From contig NIVC01000851.1 of the NCBI GenBank assembly GCA_002269645.1, positions 62,001 through 126,000 on the forward strand: DNA of 64,000 nt, given 5' to 3'. Shown here one piece after another: positions 24,640 to 35,620 of this stretch (within the stretch, counting starts at the first letter, position 1; each line of letters begins with the position of its first letter). The notes below the pieces were generated by a model. It was given only the letters and a program-made list of their open reading frames with translations, had not been told where the DNA came from and did no database searches. This DNA is from Macrostomum lignano (lineage: Eukaryota). The translations under genes were made by a program, and so were the position numbers.

Positions 24640-26660
24640 CCTCAACTAAATCAGTGTTATTCACCTAAATCATTGTCACTCACCTAAATCTTCTAAATCA
24701 GTGTCACTCCCCTAAACCACTGTTACTCAACTACGAGAATCAGTGTCTCTCTCTCTCCTAAATCAGTGTCTCTCTCACCTCAATCAGTGTCTCTCTCACC
24801 TCAATCAGTGTCTCTCTCTCTCCTAAATCAGTGTCTCTCTCACCTCAATCAGTGTCTCTATCACCTCAATCAATGTCTATCTCTCCTAAATCAGTCTCTC
24901 TCACCTCAATCAGTGTCGATCTCACCTAAATCAGTGTCTCTATCACCTAAATCAGTGTCTCTCTCACCTAAATCAGTGTCTCTCTCACCTAAATCAGTGT
25001 CTCTCCCACCTCAATCAATATCTATCACCTCAATCAGTGTCTCTATCACCTCAATCACTGTCTCTCTCACCTAAATCAGTGTCTCTATCACCTCAATCAG
25101 TGTCTCTCTCACCTAAATCAGTGTCTCTCTCACCTAAATCAGTGTCTCTCCCACCTCAATCAATATCTATCACCTCAATCAGTGTCTCTATCACCTCAAT
25201 CAATGTCTCTCTCACCTAAATCAGTGTCTCTCGCACCTCAATCAGTGTCTCTCTCACCTCAATCAATGTCTCTCTCACCTAAATCAGTGTCTCTCTCACC
25301 TAAATCAATGTCTCTCTCACCTAAATCAGTGTCTCTATCACCTCAATCATTGTCTCTCTCTCCTAAATCAGTGTCTCTCTCACCTAAATCAGTGTCTCTC
25401 TCACCTAAATCAGTGTCTCTCTCACCTAAATCAGTGTCTCTATCACCTAAATCAGTGTCTCTCTCACCTAAATCAGTGTCTCTCTCTCACCTAAATCAGT
25501 GTCTCTCTCACCTCAATCAATTTCTCTCTCCTAAATCAGTGTCTCTATCACCTAAATCAATGTCTCTATCACCTAAATCAGTGTCTCTATCACCTCAATC
25601 AGTGTCTCTCTCTCTCCTAAATCAGTGCCTCTATCACCTAAATCAGTGTCTCTCTCACCTAAATTAGTGTCTCTATCACCTAAATCAGTGTCTCTCTCGC
25701 CTAAATCAGTGTCTCTCTCACCTAAATCAGTGTCTCTATCACCTAAATCAGTGTCTCTATCACCTAAATCAGTGTCTCTATCACCTCAATCAGTGTCTCT
25801 ATCACCTAAATCAGTGTCTCTATCACCTAAATCAGTGTCTCTATCACCTAAATCAATGTCTCTTTCACCTAAATCAGTGTCTCTATCACCTCAATGAGTG
25901 TCTCTATCACCTAAATCAGTGTCTCTATCACCTAAATCAGTGTCTCTATCACCTAAATGAGTGTCTCTCTCACCTAAATCAGTGTCTCTATCACCTCAAT
26001 CAGTGTCTCTCTCACCTAAATCAGTGTCTCTCGCACCTCAATCAGTGTCTTTCTCACCTCAATCAATGTCTCTATCACCTCAATCAGTGTCTCTCTCACC
26101 TAAATCCGTGTCTCTCTCACCTAAATCAGTGTCTCTCTCCTAAATCAGTGTCTCTATCACCTAAATCAGTGTCTCTATCACCTAAATCAGTGTCTCTGTC
26201 ACCTCAATCAATGTCTCTCTCACCTAAATCAGTGTCTCTCTCCTAAATCAGTGTCTATCTTACCTAAATCAGTGTCTCTCTCACCAAAATCAGTGTCTCT
26301 CTCACCTAAATCAGTGTCTCTCTCACGTAAATCAGTGTCTCTCTCACCTAAATCAGTGTCTCTCTCTCACCTAAATCAGTGTCTCTCTCACCTCAATCAA
26401 TTTCTCTCTCCTAAATCAGTGTCTCTCTCCTAAATCAGTGTCTCTCTCACCTAAATCAGTGTCTCTCTCACCTAAATCAGTTTCTCTATCACCTAAATCA
26501 GTGCCTCTATCACCTAAATCAGTGTCTCTATCACCTCAATCAGTGTCTCTCTCACCTCAATCAATGTCTCTCTCACCTAAATCAGTGTCTCTATCACCTA
26601 ACTCAGTGTCTCTCTCACCTAAATCAGTGTCTGTCTCACCTAAATCAGTGTCACTCAACT
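24640..26660. repeat. 21-bp minisatellite (CCTAAATCAGTGTCTCTCTCA)n, ~2 kb
   Basis: Tandem copies with 2-bp indel variants. Confidence 0.95.
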
Positions 26661-27564
26661 ATAACAGCGTCGATCTTGTCACTAATTTTATTTCAGCGAG
26701 AAATAGTGACAGAGCTGTCCGTCTGTCACTGTGAGCTCACTTGAGCTGTATAGATTGGCAGAGTCACGCACAAAGACAGTGCAAGCTCAGGCAATGGCAA
26801 CAGAAGTTGCTTGTTAGTCAAATAAGATACAATTGAGTTGAGAAGATCCTCGCCGGAATCCTGACTAGCCATAAAATATCCCTACTAATTAACTCATCAG
26901 AAAATTTGCACACTTTGCAGATGTCAGAGAAGAAACACTGTTTGATTGAAAGTTATATTCAACAATCAAGTAAGGCAAGCAGTTAGAAGACAATTTAGCT
27001 CAGTTTACTTGATCAGAATTGCGGCCGAACGCAATTTGAAAGATTTATTTTCATTGAGATGGACAGGAAGTTCCGCTTTCATCAAGCGTTCAGTTTCAAA
27101 AACTAAGGAGCAACGGAGAAGCAAGGAGGGGAACAGTAGTTAGATGAGAGGAATTTCCCCACTTACAAGCGCATTTTCTATTCTAAAAATAGAAAACTTC
27201 TGGCCAATCAGAGTAAAGCAGGGCATTCCCTGCCTTTTGTATTTTTAAAAATAGCACGTCCCAGCCAATCAGAGTGAATCGGGGTTTCTCCATTTTAGCC
27301 GGTAGCTAAAAATATCCCTCCTTGCTTCCTGCGATCTGCTGCACTGCAACGCGATTAAAAGTGCGTCAAATTCTCTTCAAAACTTTTAACTAGCGAACCG
27401 CTTGAAACAAGTTAGTTAAATTAGACCAAAATCGAGCTCTTTTAATTAGAATTAATTTAAGGGTCAGGGGTCAGATTAGAAATCTGACGGAACGCATTAG
27501 GTTTTTCGAATTTCAGGTGTTATTGTCCCCAGATATCGGCCGAAATGGCAGCTGTTCGGTCAGC

Positions 27565-27753
27565 TTATCGCCCGTAGCAGCTGATTGGGTGCAGGATGCA
27601 CCGGTAGTCCATGCGTCGTTTCCGCCGCCGGTCCATCTGCGACTGCAGTCGGTGCTGCCACCAATCCCGGTCTGGCGACGGCATCTGCTGCAGCTGCTGT
27701 CGCTGTTCCAACTCGGCTGCTGCATCCTTGGCTGCGTCTGCCGAGACTGCCTG
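27565..27753 (-). CDS. Terminal exon of an allatostatin-C/somatostatin-like neuropeptide precursor
   Basis: Acceptor actccAG (27755-27754). Reads QAVSADAAKDAAAELEQRQQLQQMPSPDRDWWQHRLQSQMDRRRKRR-MDYRCILHPISCY-GR-stop (TAA 27567-27565). It has a polybasic cleavage site, C-x6-C with PISC[FY], and a Gly amide donor. AATAAA on the minus strand at 27049-27044. Confidence 0.85.
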   Translation of the reverse strand, partial: QAVSADAAKDAAAELEQRQQLQQMPSPDRDWWQHRLQSQMDRRRKRRMDYRCILHPISCYGR

Positions 27754-27874
27754 CTGGAGTTCATCGTTTCATAATCAGTGACTGAACAGCGAATTTCGAA
27801 CAACTTTAAAACTGCTTGCTTCGGGACCGCCGCTTTTTTTCTTTTGTCTCTCTAAAACTTGCTGTGTTTCCCGC

Positions 27875-28840
27875 TTTGGCTCCCCCTCTCTCCATGGCTC
27901 CCCCTTTCTCCCTGGCTCCCCCTCTCTCTCTGGCTCCCCTCTCTCTCTGGCTCCCCTCTCTCCCTGGCTCCCCCTCTCTCCCTGGCTCCCCCTCTCTCCC
28001 TGGCTCCCCCTCTCTCCCTGGCTCCCCCTCTCTCCCTGGCTCCCCCTCTCTCCCTGGCTCCCCTCTCTCCCTGGCTCCCCTCTCTCCCTGGCTCCCCCTC
28101 TCTCCCTGGCTCCCCCTCTCTCCCTGGCTCCCCCTCTCTCCCTGGCTCCCCCTCTCTCCCTGGCTCCCCCTCTCTCCCTGGCTCCCCCTCTCTCCCTGGC
28201 TCCCCCTCTCTCCCTGGCTCCCCCTCTCTCCCTGGCTCCCCCTCTCTCCCTGGCTCCCCCTCTCTCCCTGGCTCCCCCTCTCTCCCTGGCTCCCCCTCTC
28301 TCCCTGGCTCCCCCTCTCTCCCTGGCTCCCCCTCTCTCCCTGGCTCCCCTCTCTCCCTGGCTCCCCCTCTCTCCCTGGCTCCCCCTCTCTCCCTGGCTCC
28401 CCCTCTCTCCCTGGCTCCCCCTCTCTCCCTGGCTCCCCCTCTCTCCCTGGCTCCCCCTCTCTCCCTGGCTCCCCCTCTCTCCCTGGCTCCCCCTCTCTCC
28501 CTGGCTCCCCCTCTCTCCCTGGCTCCCCCTCTCTCCCTGGCTCCCCCTCTCTCCCTGGCCCCCCTCTCCCTGGCTCCCCCTCTCTCCCTGGCTCCCCCTC
28601 TCTCCCTGGCTCCCCCTCTCTCCCTGGCCCCCCTCTCTCCCTGGCTCCCCCTCTCTCCCTGGCTCCCCCTCTCTCCCTGGCTCCCCCTCTCTCCCTGGCT
28701 CCCCCTCTCTCCCTGGCTCCCCCTCTCTCCCTGGCTCCCCCTCTCTCCCTGGCTCCCCCTCTCTCCCTGGCTCCCCCTCTCTCCCTGGCTCCCCCTCTCT
28801 CCCTGGCTCCCCCTCTCTCCCTGGCTCCCCCTCTCTCCCC
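27875..28840. repeat. 18-bp minisatellite (CTGGCTCCCCCTCTCTCC)n inside the AstC-like intron
   Basis: Tandem copies with 17/18-bp variants. Confidence 0.95.
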
Positions 28841-29259
28841 ATTTCCCCTCTCTCTACTCTCTCTCCCTCTCCCTTTCTCCATCTCCTTCACACGACTAAA
28901 CTATGACTCCGCAAGAATGCCTTCACGTTTTCTTAGTTCTCTATAGTCCATTTTTAGATTGATATTGAATAAGTATCTTAGCTAGAATTATATGTAGCTT
29001 CTCCAATAATTAAACATTTTTTACAGCTAAACAGTGTTTTAACAGTGCAACATAAGCTTTTCGATTTGATTAAGTATTTTATGCTGTTATAAAAATAAAA
29101 GCGTTGTCCTTAAATTAGTTTACAGCTAGAATAGGAGTAATTGAATATTGATAACTATTGATATATTGTTAATATACTTGCAAAAAATATACACCAAATA
29201 TCGCTTAAAAATACTGTAAGTGAGTGCATGCAGAGCTGTAGAGTAGGACGGATAAATAC

Positions 29260-29630
29260 GTAGGTAGGTAAGTAGGTAGGTAAGTAGGTAGATAGGTAGC
29301 CAGGTAGGTAGGCAGGTAGATAGGTAGCTAGGTAGGTAGGTAGGTAGGTAGATAGGTAGGTAGGTAGGTAGGCAAGTAGGTAGGTAAGTAGGTAGATAGG
29401 TAGCCAGGTAGGTAGGCAGGTAGATAGGTAGCCAGGTAGGTAGGTAGGTAGATAAGTAGGTAGATAGGTAGCCAGGTAGGTAGGTAGGTAGATAGGTAGC
29501 CAGGTAGGTAGGCAGGTAGGTAGGCAGGTAGGTAAGTAGGTAGATAGGTTGCCAGGTAGGTAGGTAGGTAGGTAGGTAGGTAGGTAGGTAGCCAGGTAAG
29601 TAGGCAGGTAGGCAGGTAGGCAGGTAGGTA
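29260..29630. repeat. Degenerate (GTAG)n microsatellite
   Basis: Direct reading. Confidence 0.93.
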
Positions 29631-29697
29631 AGGTTAGACATTGGTAGCATAAGCCTTCATCCACCCTATTGAATTCTGATCACCGCAGCTCATTTAC

Positions 29698-29784
29698 TTG
29701 AATGGCAGAACTAATTAACAGGTAGCACAGAGAGGAGAGAAGCGAGGAGAGCGGAAACAAAGTGAAGACAAGTCGCTCAGTCTT
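29698..29784 (-). CDS. Signal-peptide exon of the AstC-like precursor
   Basis: Strong acceptor ctctcctgcttctAG (29786-29785). 87 nt = KTERLVFTLFPLSSLLSSLCYLLISSAIQ (basic N-region plus hydrophobic core). Phase-0 donor CAA|GTAAAT (29697) matches the phase-0 acceptor at 27753. There is no ATG inside the exon. Confidence 0.6.
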
Positions 29785-29947
29785 CTAGAAGCAGGAGAGC
29801 CAGCCGGACAGAGTCTGAAACTTATCTGGCAGCATTGCTTTCAATCAGCCAAATTTAGACTTGCAGAAAGAAACAGCGGGCTCAAGAAGACAGAGCTAGT
29901 CTGGAGACGGCCCCTCAGCCAGCCTCAGTCAGCCAATAAATAACTTT

Positions 29948-29954
29948 CTTTATA
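29948..29954 (-). promoter_or_regulatory. Candidate TATA box of the AstC-like gene
   Basis: TATAAAG on the minus strand at 29954-29948, ~165 nt upstream of the 29784 acceptor. Confidence 0.4.
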
Positions 29955-30164
29955 CTTCCATTCGGATTTCTGCTTTCGATGAGAAAAGCGCAGTTGATGA
30001 GATTTGGAGATGAGCTCTGGAGCTGACTCAGTCACCCCTTCCTGACTCGACTGTTCGGAAATAATGGGGAAAAGTCAAGATAGACCAAAATTAGAAAAGT
30101 GGTGGATAGGGGGATATTCTCCCATTTGGTGCAAAGTTTATTGTTTGGGAGTTCAAGTCTAAGA

Positions 30165-30645
30165 GATCATTCGGTAATCTTTGATGAGACTGTTCGGTAA
30201 TCTATGATGAGACTGTTCGGTAATCTATGATGAGACTGTTCGGTAATCTTTGATGAGACTGTTCGGTAATCTTTGATGAGGCTGTTCGGTAATCTTTGAT
30301 GAGACTGTTCGGTAATCTTTGATGAGACTGTTCGGTAATCTTTGATGAGACTGTTCGGTAATCTATGATGAGACTGTTCGGTAATCTTTGATGAGACTGT
30401 TCGGTAATCTCTGATGAGACTGTTCGGTAATCTTTGATGAGACTGTTCGGTAATCTTTGATGAGACTGTTCGGTAATCTTTGATGAGACTGTTCGGTAAT
30501 CTATGATGACTGTTCGGTAATCTTTGATGAGACTGTTCGGTAATCTTTGGTGAGACTGTTCGGTAATCTTTGATGAGACTGTTCGGTAATCTATGATGAC
30601 TGTTCGGTAATCTTTGATGAGACTGTTCGGTAATCTATGGTGAGA
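30165..30645. repeat. 23-bp minisatellite (GACTGTTCGGTAATCTTTGATGA)n
   Basis: About 20 copies, abutting the SINE 5' end. Confidence 0.95.
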
Positions 30646-31020
30646 CCGTAGCCCAGTGGTCTGGCGCGGCCCTCCGATGTGCCAGTGGCCCAGGCTCGAT
30701 TCTAAGTGCAGTCACATTAATTTGGGGCTGAATTGGAATGTCGGCTTGGCTCTGCTCGTGCAATTAACGCTCCTGATGGCCAACCCCCCAAGGCGCAGTG
30801 AAGTGTACATGCCTAACGATAATATAAAGTTAGGGCCGCTGTACACTCCTGTGTGAGTGCCTGTGCGTATGACTGCGTACGTATCCGCGCGCTTGTGTGC
30901 CTGCTCAGGGGAGTCGGCGGAATGGGCAGCAATGCCTCTCACCGGTTGTGTGACAATGTCGCTTAGAGTGCGCCAGGGTGCAAACGCAGACATCGAAAAC
31001 AGAGTCTTGCACAAAAATAG
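30645..31020 (+). mobile_element. tRNA-derived SINE, second family, near full length
   Basis: A-box TAGCCCAGTGG, degenerate B-box GGCTCGATTCT (30693). Body motifs TTAATTTGGG, GTGTACATGCCT (30803) and GGCCGCTGTACAC (30834) are shared with the element at 51050. A-rich end. Confidence 0.55.
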
Positions 31021-31834
31021 TCAAAGTCCAATTCGCTCTCTCACCCAGAAGGACTGCCGAACTCTCCCAGCGGTGCTGGCGGTCCCCGGCTGCTGACTCA
31101 GGGCCAGCACGAGTAAAATCAGAAATAGCGCCGTGACCTTCATTGTCTGGAAGACGATTGTAAGATTAAGTTAAAAATAAAAATATCCTAGTGAAGGAAT
31201 CCTACTTTACAATCTGTCTCATCAAACAGCAAGCACCGCATGCTATGGATATTTTCAGTCTTGTGCCTGTACACCAAAAAATACCGAGCAAAAGTTACAT
31301 GGACTTTTCTAGCTAAGCACCTGGATTGGAGACAAAAAATGACTCGATTTTTTTAGCAACATGAGGCCATGGTTTTCAAGCCCAATTGAGTAAGGCGATT
31401 GATCCAGTTTAGTTGATTTCATTTGAGTTCGAACTGCGGGAAATCTATGGCCTCATGTTTTCAAAACTCTGGGCAGAGCCTTCCGGTCCAGATGCCAGCT
31501 TGAGAAGTCCATGTCTCGGGAATTTAATTCCTGGCCATAGACAGCTCCTCTGCTCGCTGACCGCTGGCACAAATTTAATTCAAGAAGCAGTTTAAGCCCC
31601 AGATTCTATACACCCCAATACACAGCACTGCTGTCTATGGCCAAAAGTCTCTAAATATAGACTACAGACGTATCGAATCCATATTGTCTATGGCTACGTT
31701 ATAGCGAGTATCACGAGACGGAGTCCTAACCAAAATTTGTGCCTTGACAACGAATTGAGCACTTGGGTAAGATAATTAAACTGAATGGCTATTTTCGAGT
31801 CATACTTCTAAAGCATAGATATGCTATCAGAAAC

Positions 31835-32560
31835 AGTATGTCAGTGTGTCTATGGTTGTTTAATGTCAATGCAGTATGTCAGTGTGTCTATGGTTGTTTA
31901 ATGTCAATGCAGTATGTCAGTGTGTCTATGGTTGTTTAATGTCAATGCAGTATGTCAGTGTGTCTATGGCTGTTTAATGTCAATGCAGTATGTCAGTGTG
32001 TCTATGGCTGTTTAATGTCAATGCAGTATGTCAGTGTCTATGGCTGTTTAATGTCAATGCAGTATGTCAGTGTCTATGGTTGTTTAATGTCAATGCAGTA
32101 TGTCAGTGTGTCTATGGTTGTTTAATGTCAATGCAGTATGTCAGCGTGTCTATGGTTGTTTAATGTCAATGCAGTATGTCAGCGTGTCTATGGTTGTTTA
32201 ATGTCAATGCAGTATGTCAGCGTGTCTATGGTTGTTTAATGTCAATGCAGTATGTCAGTGTGTCTATGGTTGTTTAATGTCAATGCAGTATGTCAGTGTC
32301 TATGGCTGTTTAATGTCAATGCAGTATGTCAGTGTCTATGGCTGTTTAATGTCAATGCAGTATGTCAGCGTGTCTATGGTTGTTTAATGTCAATGCAGTA
32401 TGTCAGCGTGTCTATGGTTGTTTAATGTCAATGCAGTATGTCAGTGTCTATGGTTGTTTAATGTCAATGCAGTATGTCAGTGTCTATGGTTGTTTAATGT
32501 CAATGCAGTATGTCAGTGTCTATGGTTGTTTAATGTCAATGCAGTATGTCAGTGTGTTTA
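31835..32560. repeat. 36/38-bp minisatellite (GTATGTCAGTGTGTCTATGGTTGTTTAATGTCAATGCA)n
   Basis: About 19 copies. Confidence 0.95.
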
Positions 32561-33004
32561 TGGTTGTTGGTTGCGTGTCCATTCTGTTTTAGTGTGAGGT
32601 GAATGAAAGGTCGGAATGAAAAATTGAACTTTATTAAAAGAAGTGACTTCCTCACCTAGAGCCCGTGGGTTGCTGCTTTTGATTGATGCTTAGTACCAGC
32701 TAGAACGGTCTGAGTCAAATATTTATAAATTTTTCTGCGCTTCAGGCCGCCTCGATCGCAGGTTTAGGATATTTCTCCCTCCCTACGCAGAGATAGATGC
32801 AGTAGTTATAGGAATGGTTAATCAGCCAATAGGAAGGGAGGCTGGGAGCGGCCTTGTGATGAAGAAATATCCGTTGTTGATGAGACGGTAACTCCTTTAA
32901 AAATTGGCAAGTCAAGCGGAAATGCCATAGCAAATTGGAGTTGCTGATGTTGGCCTAGTGAGCTGTGACAGCCCGAAGATTGGGGCCCATGTGTTCTAAA
33001 ACCG

Positions 33005-34420
33005 GATCTTCCCAACCCAAATGTTCCCAACCCGAATGTTCCCAACCCGAATGTTCCCAACCCGAATGTTCCCAACCCGAATGTTCCCAACCCGAATGTT
33101 CCCAACCCGAATGTTCGCAACCCGAATGTTCCCAACCCGAATGTTCCCAACCCGAATGTTCCCAACCCGAATGTTCCCAACCCGAATGTTCCCAACCCGA
33201 ATCTTCCCAACCCGAATCTTCCTAACTCGAATCTTCCCAACCCGAATCTTCCCAACCCGAATCTTTCCAACCCGAATCTTCCCAACCCGAATCTTCCCAA
33301 CCCGAATGTTCCCAACCCGAATGTTCTCAACCCGAATGTTCCCAACCCGAATCTTCCTAACTCGAATGTTCCCAACCCGAATCTTCCCAAACCGAATCTT
33401 CCCAACCCGAATCTTTCCAACCCGAATCCTCCCAAACCGAATCTTCTCAAACCGAATCTTCCTAAACCTTCCCAAACCGAATCTTCCCAAACCGAATCTT
33501 TCCAACCCGAATCTTCCCAACCCGAATCTTCCCAACCTGAATATCCCAACCCGAATCTTCCCAACCCGAATCTTCCCAATCATAATCTTCCAACCCAATT
33601 CTTCCCAACCCGAATCTTCCCCACCCGAATCTTCCCAACCCGAATCTTCCCAATCATATTCTTCCCAACCCAATTCTTCCCAACCCGAATCTTCCCAACC
33701 CGAATCTTCCCGACCCGAATCTTCCCAACACGAATCTTCCCAACCCGAATCTTCCTAACTCGAATCTTTCCTAACCAGAATCCTCCCAAACCGAATCTTC
33801 CTAAACCTTCCCAAACCGAATCTTCCCAAACCGAATCTTCCCAACCCGAATCTTCCCAACCCGAATCTTCCCAACCTGAATATCCCAATCCGAATCTTCC
33901 CAACCCGAATCTTCCCAATCATAATCTTCCCAACCCAATTCTTCCCAACCCGAATCTTCCCCACCCGAATCTTCCCAACCGAATCTTCCCAACCGAATCT
34001 TCCCAACCCGAATCTTCCCAATCATATTCTTCCCAACCCAATTCTTCCCGACCCGAATCTTCCCAACACGAATCTTCCCGACCCGAATCTTCCCAACACG
34101 AATCTTCCTAACCCGAATCTTCCTAACTCGAATCTTCCCAACCTGAATCTTTCCAACCCGAATCTTCCCTAACCAGAATCCTCCCAAACCGAATCTTCTC
34201 AAACCGAATCTTCCTAAATCTTCCCAAACCGAATCTTCCCAACCCGAATCTTTCCAACCCGAATCTTCCCAACCTGAATCTTCCCAACCCGAATCTTCCC
34301 AACCCGAATCTTCCTAACTCGAATCTTCCCAACCTGAATCTTTCCAACCCGAATCTTCCCTACCCAGAATCTTCCCAACCATAATCTTCCCAACCCGCCC
34401 GAATCTTCCCAACCCGAATC
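33005..34420. repeat. 15-bp minisatellite (TTCCCAACCCGAATC)n with higher-order blocks
   Basis: The variant AACCTGAATATCCC recurs at ~33535 and ~33873. Confidence 0.93.
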
Positions 34421-35289
34421 TTCGCTATGCCTAATTTCCCCCAGCCCGAACCTTAGCTTTCTTAGCATGAAATTTTAAGCAGCGGCTTCTATATTAAGAA
34501 AGCGTCTTCCTCATTGAATGTCTCGAATCCTGTCAGCAAAGCCGAACTCCACAAGCAGCAAGACGACCTTTTTCACTGCTCCTTCAAACCGGAAGCTCTA
34601 ATCAACGGGTGCCCCGCACTTGCACTTCCTCTACAAAAGAAGTGGCTGATTCATTCACAAGGCGGTGCTAAAAATGGCCAGAAGAAGTGGGCGGCGCTCT
34701 CTGATGGGGATTATTCCGGCAGTCAAGTGCAGGTTGGGGAGCAGGACTCGGACCGGGCTGATTGCCAGCAGCGGGTCCGGCAAATTGACCAAGGACGCTG
34801 GGGAAGAAGTTCGCACGCAAGCTATTGACAATAATGCCACTAGGCAATAATTATGGCCACATGTGGGCGGTGATGCAGCTGGGCTAGTCACTCTCACTCA
34901 ACACTGCTCCTTTATTCTCTTATTACCGTGCCAGTTGGCAATACGGCTCGTAATAAGGCTCTACCCGGGCAAAAACTGGTCCGTGTCAATGCGGCCAGCA
35001 CTGATAATTATTATGATTAGTAGTTGCAACTGCTGGATAGATGGTAGGGGGTTCATGCAACGGGTCAGAAAATCCCCCTCCACAGTTAATAACATCTTCT
35101 TTCCCCTTGGTTGCATACTCGATCGGAGGTGCATCCCGTAAAATAATAATAACTCAGGCAGTCGGGGTGCTGCTGTCAGTTGCCCATCTGTTGGTCGTGC
35201 GAGTCACGAAGTTTGTACTTTTCATTTCATTTTTTAGTCTGAGCGCAGTACAGCGTGAACTGCTATTGATGCTATTGATGCAAGTATAT

Positions 35290-35620
35290 GAGTGAGGTGG
35301 GTGTAGAACTGGGAGTGAGGTGGGTGCAGAACTGGGAGTGAGGTGGGTGCAAAACTGGGAGTGAGGTGGGTGTATAACTGGGAGTGAGGTGGGTGCAGAA
35401 CTGGGAGTGAGGTGGGTGTAGAACTGGGAGTGAGGTGGGTGCAGAACTGAGAGTGAGGTGGGTGTAGAACTGGGAGTGAGGTGAGTGTAGAACTGAGAGT
35501 GAGGTGGGTGTAGAACTGGGAGTGAGGTGGGTGTAGAACTGGGAGTGAGGTGGGTGTAGAACTGAGAGTGAGGTGGGTGTAGAACTGAGAGTGAGGTGGG
35601 TGTAGAACCGGGAGTGAGGT
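35290..35620. repeat. 23-bp minisatellite (GTGAGGTGGGTGTAGAACTGGGA)n
   Basis: About 14 copies. Confidence 0.95.

Noticed and set aside
34655-34897. Hydrophobic minus-strand ORF as an alternative signal-peptide exon for the neuropeptide
   Set aside because: No ATG start and no convincing donor site. The 29698-29784 exon fits phase and splice signals better.
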